Assembly (NCBI RefSeq): GCF_006345805.1
Contig: NC_042997.1
Coordinates: forward strand, 36,084,001-36,148,000
DNA length: 64,000 nucleotides
Direction of reading: 5' to 3'
Source of the DNA: Octopus sinensis
Lineage: Eukaryota
A program made the position numbers and the translations under genes. The stretch's first letter is position 1. Every line of letters starts with the position of its first letter. The notes beneath the pieces were generated by a model that did not search any database, was not told the origin of the DNA, and was given only the letters and a program-made list of their open reading frames with translations. Positions 11,081 through 25,413 of this stretch are shown here, in pieces.

Positions 11081-12907
11081 ACATCTCACCTTCTCTATTA
11101 AAAATTTAATTAATTAGTGAAAATCGGGCTGATTCAATGTATGTTATTTTTTTCTTGAAATTCATGTATTAAATGAATATGCAAAGAAGGGCAAAGGCAA
11201 ATAAGTTGTTGATAAAACGATCAACTAGAGTTGTGTTTTATGATTTACCGAAGCAAAGGGCAAAAGAATCATGTCCCATATCGATAGATGAACAAAGGTT
11301 ACATTAAGTTGTTCGCATGTACATTTGAAAATATCGAACTGCCTCGCAAATATCAAGATAAGTGTGAATTACAGAATTATGAAAAAGTGATATGTTTAGC
11401 TAAGTCATGTAGCGTCTTCAAAAACTTAGTAGAGCTGCAGAGAGCGAGAAATTCTATCAAACTTATTAAGCTATGTAATTGGCAGCACTATCGGAACGAG
11501 AAAATCTACAATATATTTGGGAACCATACATACATACATATATGCATACATGCATACATACATGCATACATACATACATGCATACATACATACGTACATG
11601 TTTGTAGTCGCTGTTTTAATTGCGCTAATGTATATGCCTTTGTCTTAGCAGGAAATCATGATGCTTATGCTGAGTAAATATTTGACCTGCTCACATGCGT
11701 GTTCTTTGGACAGAGCACACTTAGTAAAATATTTAGCAAAGCCACCATAGGCAATCGACAATGTCCCAGTAGCTTGTATTTTGTAGACTCGTTAGAAAGC
11801 CGGACAAAAATTCCTTTTTACTGCTAATAAAGAGACGCACTGGTAGAACGATTATGGTGTTGGTCATATGATTTGTTATTTATGATCTTGCTCTGAATGT
11901 GAAAAATTCTCCTGCATCAACTTTCACTTTCATCTCTCCAGTCGATAAAATAATGTACCGGTCATATTCTGGAGCCTACGTCATTAACAAAATTACTTCC
12001 ATCAAACTTGCAGGCATTGTGCTTAAATCATAAGCATTAGTTCTAATGTTAATGTTGTTAGTATAAATGCGCCAGAGTGAAACCAATTGTAATTGTTCGA
12101 ACTCTGGTTACACTAATGAAATTAATCATTTCGACATGGTAAAAAAGGAAAAAAGCCGTTACACTCTAAGACGGCAGAAGATTTAATTGTGTACAGAAAA
12201 CATGTGACCTTGTGAAAATGTTTGAAATTATTGTGCAACAGACAAATATGAATAGCATGAATGCCATACTGTCCAAATTTAAGTCATGATCACTATTTAG
12301 GCGGATAGTGACCAAACATGAAATCGATATTAGGTAGAATAGTCGATTGAAGGAAATTCACATAACTTATATTGCTAAATTTGTGAAAGGCATATGCGTC
12401 TCAAAATATCCTCATTACGATCTCCTAAAATATGAAGCATTGTGCCTACTCAATACCAATAAATATCACGTGAAATAATTACATCGTGTTCGATTGGCAG
12501 ACAATGAACTATCTAATGTTTGCTGTCAATAACCTGTGAAATATCGAAAACTACATAATGTCAAAAGCTAGATTTCTTTGATTCGAAGTTGAACAAAAAG
12601 ATTCAACATTCGGTGTTGCAGACGAGTATCTTAGCTGTTGCTTGGATTCCAAACTACATACAATGCGCATTACAAATGATCTGTTGATTAATATCTTTTG
12701 AGGTTGATCAAATAAGACCTTTATCAAACGCCACTGTTGTGCATAGCAGTATATCATTGAAATTATGACATATATTAATATTCTTCAGATATCATATACT
12801 TACAGTGGATATAAAAGTTCTGCTAGAAAAGCAGCTTAGAAAACAAGCACAAATTGTTTAAGTTTAATGGAAATTTTTAATATTATTAAGTAGTAAGAGT
12901 TATTAAG

Positions 12908-13310
12908 GAAAGGCGGCGAACTGGCAGAATAGTTAACGCATAATCCGAAATACTTAGCGGCATTTCTTGCAGTTCTAAATTCTGAGTTGACATTCCGCTA
13001 AATGCGATTAGTTTCTCATCATTCTAGGGTCGATTAAAAAAGCACCAGTTGAGCACTTATGCCCCAGTATATTATACTAGTTGTTATGCTACAATCTGAA
13101 AAGAAGTCAACGTGCTTCACGAATTGTTACAGCGTCGGGCAGAAGTTGTTTCGTATGGTGCATTCAGTTTTGAGTTCAAATTCCGGCGAAGCTGGTTTTG
13201 CTTTCCGTCCTTTAGATAGAAAAATGAATACCAGTCAAGCACGGTAATGGATGCAATTGACATGCTCCATCTCCTGAAAATGCTGGCATAATTCCGAAAT
13301 TAGAAATTAG
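12908..13310 (+). mobile_element. Two tandem diverged SINE family C remnants
   Basis: AAAGGCGGCGAACTGGCAGAATAGTTAACG (12908) and GAGTTCAAATTCCGGCGAAGCTGGTTTTGCTTTCCGTCCTTT (about 13170). Confidence 0.6.
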
Positions 13311-14046
13311 AAAGATGTTGATTTATCAGAATGGGAAGGCATCAGAAAATAATTATTTCAAACTCTTTAATGTTTTAGTTTAAATCCGTGGCGTTCAATG
13401 TGGAATGTAATCCTTTCCTGTTCGCAAAATAACAAACTGCTGTTATATAAACTGTAAGCATAAACCATTCTGTTATAGGTTCCCGACGTGGATATTTGAA
13501 TTGGAAGGCTGTTATTTATTCCATCGACCCCGGCGGTATTTACATTCAGAACGTAATGCCGCTTAGACTGTTTTTTCGGTGTGCTAATGATTCTGCCCGC
13601 TAGCTGCCTCAGTGAACACAACTTGAGAATTATATCAGATGGGCGTTTTAATCTTTATTTGTGTTAGCCAAGGTAGGTTGTATATTTTCGATCGATTTAA
13701 TTAACTGAAGCGTTTCCGTTTGAACATGTATTTCTACTTGCAGCCTAAGGCAACTAAAAGAAATATGATTCGACAATTATATAATGTAAAAATATTTTTC
13801 TTAAAGTCGGTTCTTTACATAGCAGAAACTTCATGCATTATGAAAGTGAAAGTGTTGTTTTGATGCTTTAGACCATCGTACATCCTACGTGTTACTAAAA
13901 CCGAGAAAAAACATCATATAATTCGATATCATAAAAGTAATAAATGATATAAATATGATATATACTGAAATCGCGTTAATAATCAATCTATGTTCAAAAC
14001 CGATTTTATGTAATCTAATATATGTCTTCAAGCCCAACAAAAAAGA

Positions 14047-14534
<488 letters not shown>

Positions 14535-14940
14535 CTTTTCTACAATAGATACAAAATGTGAAATTTCCGAGGAGGGAAGAAGTCGATTACATCAATCCAA
14601 GTATTACACAGGTACTTAATTTATCGACCCCGAAATAATGAAAGGGAAAATCGACCTCGGCTCAATTTGAACTCAGAATGTAGAACGGCAGAAATACCAG
14701 TAAGCATTCGGACACCTTAATAATAATGACAATTCTGTCTACTATAGGCACAAGGCCAGACATTTTGGGGTGGCGGGGACAAATCGATTACATCGATACC
14801 AGTACTCAGCTGGAACTTATTTTATCTACCCTGAAAGGATGAAAGTCAAAGTGGACCTCGGTGGAATTTGAACTCAGAACGTGACGACAGACGAAATACC
14901 GCTAAACATTTCGCGCGGAGTACTAACGATACTGTCAGCT
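14535..14940 (-). mobile_element. Two tandem SINE family C copies
   Basis: The core is repeated: TTTATCGACCCCGAAATAATGAAAGGGAAAATCGACCTCGG (about 14620) and TTTATCTACCCTGAAAGGATGAAAGTCAAAGTGGACCTCGG (about 14820). Confidence 0.7.
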
Positions 14941-17652
14941 TTACTGATCTTAATGGGGATCCGTTTTGCGCATGCATTTATTAAAGTTTCTATAAATGTC
15001 AGGTGTGTGCGTGCGTCAAGGCCCAAACAACTTGTGAAAGATCATGATTGATCGCATCCCAGTCTGCATTATGAAGATCTATAGTGTCAAAAAAAAAACG
15101 GGCTGGAGAGATGTCATTGCGTTTGAGTTTTGGACGGTAGAATCTGAGATCACTGTGTATCTTCAAATGTCACTTAAAGAATTTCAAATATACAAATTGT
15201 CTGCTTGTTGCAATATCCTCGAAAATATAAACTCTCTGAAAGAAGAAAGCATTATTGTTTTACTGACATATTAGCATATGGACTTCATACTTACTAAACC
15301 CTATATATCTAATTACAAAGTAATGCGGGAATATTATTCAATTCATAAAGTCTTGATAAGAATTTCTATAATGTATGATTCAAAGTAGAAAAATGTGCAT
15401 TCAATTCAGTATATTACGATGTTGCTAATATATTTCCACAGTCTATGAAAATATAATCGAAGTTTGAAATTGCTATGAAAGTGATAACAAGCGAAAGTGA
15501 TAGCAAACCCACAAACGATGATTTTTAACTGTTGGAGGAAGCTAATAATGCGCTGCATCAATAACAGGACAGCCTGAGTAAAATAGGAATCATAGACAAA
15601 GCAAGAAAATGTAACTGATAAAAATATCTTAAATGGAAGTCTCTTTAAACAGTAACGATATGCTACTTAAAGTAACAACGGATTATCATTTCATACTAAA
15701 GATATCTCTGTTCGTGATTCAGAATATATAGGTTTGAATGGATATAATCAAACAAACATAATTTCGTAGAGAATCGTTTTTGTATATTTTCTTTTATTAA
15801 TGCGTATATTGGGAATATAAAAGTCAGGCGAACTCCTCTGATCTACACTTCTATATATCCATACGTTCTCTATAGATTGTAACGATTCGTATAGAAGGCA
15901 TGAAGAATATTCCTAAAATAGTTACGGAATGGGAAAAGTGTATAATCAGGAATAATAATTATCTATTGCCAGGAGGATACTTTCGCATTAATATCTAAAA
16001 GGCATAAAATATGAAATATGAAATGGGGGAAATCGTAAAAACCAACAATCAAGTATGAGGTTATTGGAGGTGATTTCTTTCATATATCCATATTTATCTA
16101 TACAATGTACGTTACGTACACACATACGGGCAAACATGCACATAAACACGTATTAGCGATCTTTGGCTTTCATTATAATGTGATGAACCGTCACTAAGTT
16201 TTTCCCCATTTTAATGAAGTTATTTCATATTTGTTTTTTCTTCCTTTCATACGTAACTATAGAGGCTACATATGTCGTTACACTTTGGGTATTATTATTA
16301 CTCTATGTTGTATAATATGCAATAAGCCTGAGCTACTAAAAGCATGTTTGGAACGTAATATTGTTCCTATATACATATATAATCTAGATAAATATTCATA
16401 ATTGCATTTCAATCCTATCTCACAACTTCACAAATCTTTGCATTTCATTCATTGTCAATAACAATAAATATGATGCTACTTTCGTGTTAATAGCTGAATA
16501 CATTTTGTAGTCTCTCCAACAGCGTATTTTTATATTGTGTTTATTGTCATAGCTATGGTAAAACTCAGATCATTTCATCAAAATCAATAGCAAAACAACG
16601 ACAGCCGTTGATATTGTGCTACCGATCGGTCGCATATCAATCATTGCTTGTTTCAAGATGTCCTTCGCACTTGATTTACTCTACTTACACTGCCAATTCG
16701 ATACTTTGCACATCATGAAATCTCTGCTGTCATATTAACGACTGCAAGTTTCATGAAGATACTTGCTACGTCGTAGCTAACCAAGCAGTGATAACAATGA
16801 TAAACCAGACATTTATATTCTTCTTCTCCTATTGTATTATTGAATCTCTGCCCAGTTACGTTTCTATTCAATCTTTTCTGTTGATGTACTTATTTTTACT
16901 CATTTTCTTTCTGTTTTTTGAATGCTTATTTTTAAACGATTGGCATTCGTATTGATTCTATAAACGTTTTCAGTCTTATTTTAGAGTGAGCTTCATTAAA
17001 CGTATATTGTGTTTAGGCTTTCTTTCCTCAATAATTTTTTGTCACTATATTTATTCCTTCCACTGTATACTACCTCATCATAGCGTTCACATTACCACTC
17101 TCCCTCTCTGTTGATTTCTCTTCATTTCTCTCTCTCTCTCTCTTTTCTCTTTTCTCTCTATCTCCCCATTATCTAACATCTGTAATTTTTTTTTTCCTTT
17201 GAAATCTTTATATTTCTTCCTCACTCATCCTAGTTCATTCACTCGACCAACCTTTCTTTCTCATCCACACAATCATACCCAAAATCACACAGCTATAAAA
17301 ACAAAATGCACTTCCGCATATCTATACAACTACACGTATTTATACCCAAACACACTATTCCGTTAACGTTACTTAGTATTCCTTTGGTAAAACGTGATTT
17401 TATTTACTTTCGAGTAACAAATTCCTTTCCTGAACAACATAACTGTCTATTTTCAGGCTAGAGTTCCATAATCATATTTTCGATAATTTTCATTCACATT
17501 TTCCTTTACAACAAGTGCAAATGGCAGATGTTTCATAATTTATACCAAAGATGCAACAATACTAAGAGTAATTGTATATCACACATTCACATCTTCAAAT
17601 CATCTGTCCTATACATGAATACGCATATATATATACAATATGTGTGTGTATG

Positions 17653-17684
<32 letters not shown>

Positions 17685-17778
17685 AGTATATATATGTATC
17701 TATATATGTATATATATGTATATATATGTATATATATGTATATATAAGTATAGATATGTATATATGCATGTATATATA

Positions 17779-17823
<45 letters not shown>

Positions 17824-17977
17824 ATATTTATGTATAAATGTGCATATGCATGTATAAATATGTATAGATATGTTGATATATATGTATATATATGTATATA
17901 TATAAGTATAGATATGTATATATGCATGTATATATATATATCCATATATATTAGATACAAGAGGGGCATATGCATAT

Positions 17978-18001
17978 AGATAAATAGATAGATAGATAGA
18001 T

Positions 18002-18090
<89 letters not shown>

Positions 18091-18098
18091 TATAGATA
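17978..18098. repeat. (TAGA)n tetranucleotide microsatellite, downstream of a TA-rich compound repeat (17620-17950) that contains an internal duplication
   Basis: Directly visible. The unit ..GTATATATAAGTATAGATATGTATATATGCATGTATATATATATA occurs twice (about 17735 and about 17895). Confidence 0.9.
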
Positions 18099-18336
18099 GG
18101 TAAACTTATAACTCTTTAGATATGCATTTAATACACTTGTTATAGATGAGTTTAGCTTTAGGTAGCTTAAGTTTTCATATGAATATTTTTATGCAATGAA
18201 TCTTAAAAATAAGCATAAAGGAATAATGCAGAATCAGCACGATGGAACTGGAACTCTACCAAACGAGGACGGGTTTTCAGTTCTGTTTTTCTGTTTTATG
18301 TTTTCGAGAAATTCATTTTACAGGTAAACACGCCCA

Positions 18337-18411
<75 letters not shown>

Positions 18412-19248
18412 TGGTGTAGATACGTCCATACACCCATATACACATATATGTGTGCGTACCTGTGTGTGTACTTTTGATGTAGCTGGTAGTATAAGTAAAA
18501 TATATGCATATTATCCAATCATTTCTGTAATACCTTAGGCGATATCACATGATGGCCTCTGATAGTTCTCAGCAACACTAGACATAAGTGAAATTTTCAG
18601 AAATTATTTCCCTTCAGAACATCTACTTTATTTATATTATTTCATGTATATAATTCCCATCATACTTTTTTTTTTACATTAGAGCTTTTAGTTCCATTTT
18701 TTCTTTTCTTTTGCGTTACAATATCCATTGGTGGAGCAATATTTCTCTTCGTAGTCAGTAATAAAAGGGATGGAAACAACAGAGTTAATACAATTAGTTG
18801 AAGCAAAATCTATTTGCACCATTGTTTTAAAAGTATTACTAGAGTAGATGCTATTCCTTTATGCTTTTCTTTGTATGATATATGATGTGCATCAAATATG
18901 TTAAGAGAATCTTCTGGGAATATATAAGCAAAGACCTTAGTATTTTATTATATAGGATTTAATCTAAAAATTGAGCCTCGCCATATAAATCAAAATATAT
19001 ATCTCGTTGCCTGAACTAAACAATTTGATGTTATATCGTATACCGTATGCAGTAGAGGATATGTGCTGAATAATAGGAAATAAAGATAATATAGTATTGT
19101 TTGTTCCTTGTAGTGTCGTATAAGCTTTGTTTATAGGAAATATCGGTTTGTTTTCAAATACTTCTGTCTGCATATAAATAGTAGAGGCTCATATATTATC
19201 ATTACATATTTTCAGACAATATTTTTCCGTGTTTGTGCGTCCTTAAAA

Positions 19249-19283
<35 letters not shown>

Positions 19284-19293
19284 AAAAAACACA

Positions 19294-19358
<65 letters not shown>

Positions 19359-19364
19359 GCATAT

Positions 19365-19815
19365 TTATAACAATAATGGTTTTGCAACAAGTTGCTTGAC
19401 CACATACCGAAAATTTTAGAAGTAGCAGCCAAAAGACTACTATTTCTGTTTTCTACAAAAATATGTCTCCACAGACAACAATATTTATAATTCACACATG
19501 GCAAAAAAAGAAGACAAATAATGAAATCAAACAGTCTTCAATTAATTATGGACGCACGTTTGTGGATTAGAATAATAAGATTTATTTCTTTCATCAACAT
19601 AATGATGATTCTAATCCAGAAACGTCCGTCCATAATTAATCGAAGTCTGTTTGATTTCATTATTTTTCTTCTTTTTTGCCATGTGTGAGTTACAAATATT
19701 GTTGTCTGTGGAGACATATTTTTGTAGAAAAAGGAAATAGCAGTCTTTTGGCTGCTATTTCTAAAATTTACGGTATGTGCTCAAGCAACATGTTGCAAAA
19801 CCCTTATTGTTATAA
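19365..19815. repeat. Long inverted repeat (arms 19365-19573 and 19608-19815, 34-bp spacer)
   Basis: Manual alignment of the roughly 209-bp arms gives about 15 substitutions and 1 indel (about 92% identity). Confidence 0.95.
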
Positions 19816-19961
19816 TTATATATAAAAAACATTTTTTATAAATTTTTACCAAATACGGTCCTTTTCCATACCGAAAAACTACTAGGTGAAATTTGATGAT
19901 TTTATTAAATTAATTATCTTTCACTCTATATCTGTAATGAGTATAAGTATACCTATATATA

Positions 19962-20029
<68 letters not shown>

Positions 20030-20118
20030 TATACGCTGTGATTGGTCACAAGCCTCTAAACCATTTTTATTGTCTCCTTCTCTCTCTCCCTCTCTCTCTC
20101 TGCTTATTTCTGTTTTCC

Positions 20119-20154
20119 TTTCTTTTGAAGAGCTTAGGCCCGAAACGTAAAATA
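20119..20154 (+). ncRNA. Degenerate minimal hammerhead-like motif in a short repeat remnant
   Basis: CTTTTGA-A-GAGC-TTAG-GCCC-GAAAC-GTA has the same layout as the 32340 motif, with two core mismatches and one helix II mismatch. Confidence 0.3.
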
Positions 20155-20742
20155 CTTTTTCAGTTACCGAACGTTAAACTAAAACATCTGTTTTTCGATA
20201 TTCTCATACACGAATATATTTAGGGCCTAACAGATACACATCTCTACCATAAGAAATGTTTCACTGTAAATTATCAATAAGAAATAGAAAATTACTGGAG
20301 GAAAGAGGACTACAAAAATCTTAAAGATAAACGAAAATTAAATTCATCTGGAACGTAATGTTCTAATTCAATGTATTGCAAGGCACATCATCACCTGGAG
20401 GTATCTGCGCTAATTTTCTTTCATGACACAATGCTCTATATCCTGCATCCCCACGTAAAGCTTATTGATCACGTGTCACCTTTATTCGCCTAGGTAGATA
20501 AAACGTGATGACACTTGAGCCCTTCAATCAATTCCTTGAAGCAATTATTTCAAAACGTAGGGAGAATTTCCAACTGATAAAACGATTTCTCTAATATAAA
20601 ACTTGAAATCAGCTTGAAAGTTTACCTAGAAGGTCACCTTTTTGATTATATCGCAACATCATCCATCTCTACATACTGTTTTTCTCTATTTTGTTATTCA
20701 CTGAATATTCTAATCATGGACGGCATTTGAAGTGTACAATGA

Positions 20743-20801
20743 ATGTGCCTCATCTTTGCACAGATGAGGCACATATGCAGCTTGTTTCTAGTGACGTCAC
20801 T
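20743..20801. promoter_or_regulatory. Near-perfect 32-bp palindrome next to a palindromic CRE-type site; candidate cis-element
   Basis: ATGTGCCTCATCT-TTGCAC-AGATGAGGCACAT (20743-20774) and AGTGACGTCACT (20790-20801, contains TGACGTCA). A CACGTG E-box lies at 20470-20475. Function is unproven. Confidence 0.35.
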
Positions 20802-21371
20802 CAAAACTGATACACGCTTTCAATTATTGTTTGACAGAATATACTTCCATAAAACTCTCCGTCTCCCACTTGTTGTTTTATCGGTGGTGATGTTGGTCCT
20901 GTGATGGTAGTGGTGGTCGTGATGATGTGTATTTTAAGGTATAAAAGCGATTAATGTTTAAGTAACGCTTATAAAAATGTTTCAGATATATCCATCGGCA
21001 AAAGTTTGTTGAATGCTGCCGAAAGTTTTGCCACTATTCCATCGTTTCAGCCATCGGCCATCCTACTATAAATTCTACATTTTCCCTTCGCTTTGTATGT
21101 ACTGACAGTGGTGGGACGTTATGTATTAGCCTTTCATAATATTTCCAATTACTATTAAACTCTATGGTCTAGCAAGCTAACGACTATAAATATTTTTTTT
21201 GTGATTCATTTCTCTGTTAGTTTACGGAATAAACAATAGAAGGAAATTAAACAATGAGTAACAGAAATTTAACACATCCATTACTTTTCATTTTATTGCA
21301 AATTTATTTCAAAAATGTAATTATGTTTAATTTAATTTTCTTATGAATACTTTGTTCATTGTGACTATTGA

Positions 21372-21417
<46 letters not shown>

Positions 21418-21471
21418 TATATAATATATATATATATATATGTCTGTAAATCTAATATGTGACAATTATAC

Positions 21472-21504
<33 letters not shown>

Positions 21505-23374
21505 CTTCAGTTTACAATGTTATTGAACTGCCTTATTGAATTATATATATATTCATTAAGTTACTAGACATATTTTCATTAAATATTAATGTCAATCACA
21601 ACGACTACAGTGCGTAGCCGACATATTACGCATGTGTAGATTTCAACCATAATAACTGTGTTTATATGTATTTATATTACTCAAACTGAAAGGATAATCT
21701 TATTAATGTAACAAATATAATTTTAAGACAAAAGCAAACCCATTGTTCCATTCGAAGCGGCATGTGTTAAAAAGTACTATTGATTAAAATGGAAAGCTCT
21801 CACCATTTCAGAATAATTTCACATCTTACTCCATTCTAAATGTTAATGAAATGTGGCAGCTGTTTATAAATATTTAAGTAAACTTATACTAATTTCTGTA
21901 ATTTCTCTCCTTCTGTTGTAATCTTTAATAATAATTTTGTTCTAGTTTGGAAGTATGTAATGAAAGTAAAATGTTTTCCTTATTGCTAATTTATAACTGG
22001 AGTTTAATAAAATTTATTAAATCAGACAGGGCGACAGGCTGGTATTCTCAGTAGCATTTTGTAATGAGAAAATACATGGGGAACATGATAATCTATTTGT
22101 GTTTTGTCACCGATATTGCATTTTTTAATCCTCATGAACATCATCATCATCAGCAGCAGCAGTAACAGCAGCAGTAACAGCAGCAACAACATCGTATGAC
22201 ATGACGTAATCTGGATGTAAAAATTCTGCTATCTGATAACTATATAAAAATTGTTATGAAAGCAAGTTGCTTTTCACACATCACGCTTATAAAAACACCC
22301 CATTAAAATGAAGTGTAGGATATATATTTTCTTTAGCATCAAGCAATAGGACCTTCATACATATAGGAAATTCTAAAGGCTTAGTTCAGGAAATACACAA
22401 TTATTTATTATCAATAGTTTGTTTTTGTCACTTTTAATAAATGTTTGTTTTCCGATTTTGTTGAATATAATGATATTTAAAGCCATTGTTCTCCATTTGC
22501 ACATTTAAAGAGTTATTATATCTCCAATAGCCAAACTAGCTAAGCTCTAGAGTAAAAAATGTCCTAAAACGCCGTGCATTACGTGTCATAAAATCCATGT
22601 CTAATCCTATTCACAATACCCGGATGCTTTTGCTGAATGTTGACAGTAAGCATTGAAGGGAGTGTATAAAGAAGTAATTTCAGCAATAATATATTACGGA
22701 TGAAAAAGATGCCGGAACTTATCTTAAAGGGATGGTCGATTCAAAGAAGAAACCTAATTCTGTCTTTCGAGAAATTATAAACGGATGCTATTCTACAAGA
22801 TTGTATCAAAGAACACCACTTTATGCACTATTCATTGGAGTATTTCTACTAAATTCACAAGTTTTTAATGATTTTTTCACCATTTATTTTCCTATCATAG
22901 TACTGCAGTTCTTCATGCTTCGCATTTATTTACACCCGCATAATTTACTTATATATATATATATATATATGATAGCAATCAGCTGTAATATCTTATATAC
23001 TATGAAGGAAAATTATTTTGTTGTGAATTAATTAAGAGTAAAAAATTTTCATCGATGTGCAAACCACAAAATTGCCGACTCAATAACATATGTAAAGAAA
23101 ACATCAATTTTTTATACGTAACACCCATGGATGAGCAATGAACTATGTGTACTTGAACTATTAAATTACGCAAGCTTTTATTTTCATAAAACTGATTGTT
23201 ACTGTTCACTTTACAACAAACTATACGCCGTCAACATCCCTTTAAAAACTGTGGGTATACCTCTTTATTAATCTTAAAGACTCCCTTGCTCTCTCTGTTA
23301 AGACATGTATCCTAGTTACCATAATATATATATATCGAAGTATAAATAATCTATTGACCGAAATATTATTTTCT

Positions 23375-23920
23375 ACACTAGGCAAAAGGATCGATTTTTT
23401 CGGGGGGAGGGGGTTATCAGTCGATTAGATCGACCAAGGAGGCGCAATGGCCCTTTGGTTAGGGCAGCGGACTCGCGGTCATAGGATCGCGGCTTCGATT
23501 CCCAGACCGGGCGTTGTGAGTGTTTATTGAGCGAAAACACCTAAAGCTCCACGAGACTCCGTCAGGGGATGGTGGCGATCCCTGCTGTACTCTTTCATCA
23601 CAACTTTCTCTCACACTTACTTCCTGTTTCTGTTGTACCTGTATTTCAAGGGGCCGGCCTTGTCACTCTCTGTGTCACGCTGAATATCCCCGAGAACTAC
23701 GTTAAGGGTACACGTGTCTGTGGAGTGCTCAGCCACTTACACGTTAATTTCACGAGCAGGCTGTTCCGTTGATTCCGATCAACCGGAACACTCGTCGTCG
23801 TAACAGACGGAGTGCTTCCATCCAGTGGGTTTATTAGATCGACCCCAATATGCAACTGGTACTTAATTCATCAACCCCGAAAGGATGAAAGGCAAAGTCG
23901 ACCTCGGCGGAATTTGATTA
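23375..23920 (-). mobile_element. SINE family C copy split by a family B insertion
   Basis: Family C sequence (..GTCGATTAGATCGACC | CCAATATGCAACTGGTACTTAATTCATCAACCCCGAAAGGATGAAAGGCAAAGTCGACCTCGGCGG) resumes after the duplicated target. Confidence 0.65.
23436..23832 (+). mobile_element. SINE family B, full length with 12-bp TSD, nested in family C
   Basis: Colinear with 4542-4923. The direct repeat ATTAGATCGACC lies at 23424-23435 and 23833-23844. Confidence 0.9.
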
Positions 23921-25268
23921 GTGACAGAAATATCACAACAACTATGATTAATCGCACTTGTATCCACGGAAGACATCTCTGAAAATATATTGGTCTCCTA
24001 TGGTTTTCGTAGTCATAACGTTGAATAGCCAGTCTTTAAACAGCCAGAAAAAAATATTTTGAGGGTTTATATATTACGTATTATGCCTCTGCTATATTTA
24101 TGTTTCATCCTCAGAATAAAATACCTGTTATGTATTGCAGATGATGGTATTGACAAGATCATCTCTCAAAGTTGCTGATTTTGGCCTAAATCGCAAACTG
24201 TTATTCTCATGATAATGCGTTGAGCATAGAATTCGGATTATTTTCGGGTAAAAGTGATGAGGTAATTTTCAGTCAATAGACAACTCTTTAGAATTTAACA
24301 GAATTTGAAAGAAAAGGCTAGAATCGTGTAACTTACTTAAAATAAAGATAGTATTAAAATACAACTGCGAAAACAGTGCTCAAACATTTGTAGGGGAAGG
24401 GGCAAAAACTCGCAAACTGGAAAAAATTGTTTAGTGAAGTAAAGCACAGGAATATTATATATTTACTATTATTATATTTATGTGCGTATATCATACAAGA
24501 AAATACCGGATGCCAAGTTTATGTGTCATTTTGTGAAAAGAGTTGCAATATACATCGCGAGTGTATAAAAGTATGGTCAAACACATTCCAGCATTTATAA
24601 ACTTGTCATTACAAACATACTGCGTATATCACTCTATGTGCTCTTATTTGAGGCATAGATTATACAGTAAATATTGAATGTAATATTTCTGATTCTTATT
24701 TCATATAAATTTTTCTGTTATCAAATATTTTACCATATTCAGCAACGCATTGATAATTGTACCTATCCGACACATCTTGAAGATCGTAAGAAATAAGGTG
24801 GTGAAATGTCCAAATCGTAGGAACGCAAGACAAAATGCCTTGCAGGATTTCTTCCAACTTTTTACATTCTGATTTTAATCCTTACCGTGAACAATTTCGC
24901 ATTTCATCCGTCTATACAGGGGAAAATAAAATACTGTCAAGTACTAAAATACTGTCCACTACTATACATCGTTGACTCAGTCCCCTCTAAATCGCTTACC
25001 TCTTGACAAAGTTTAAAAGCTCTGATTATACTTTAATTCCGAAGTATAAAGTCGTTTATGAACGATTTACAAGAGAAAACGACTGTATTATGGACATTTA
25101 AGTACTCCTAATATTAGGAAATAAATACCAGAAATATGCACCTATTTGTTGCAGAGATTCACTACACAACACTCACACTTTTTGATATCCGGTATAATAT
25201 CGCCCACACTGCGAAAGAAATAAACAGAGGCAAATAGTCGCATATACACATTGATACATAGTTGTATA

Positions 25269-25355
<87 letters not shown>

Positions 25356-25380
25356 ATATATATATATTATATATTATATA

Positions 25381-25413
<33 letters not shown>

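Noticed and set aside
16571-16800. Minus-strand MRPIGSTISTAVVVLLLILMK* peptide, a nearby GTAAGT and a small imperfect hairpin (about 16608-16640)
   Set aside because: The frame stops after 21 codons with no donor; the features are compatible with chance.
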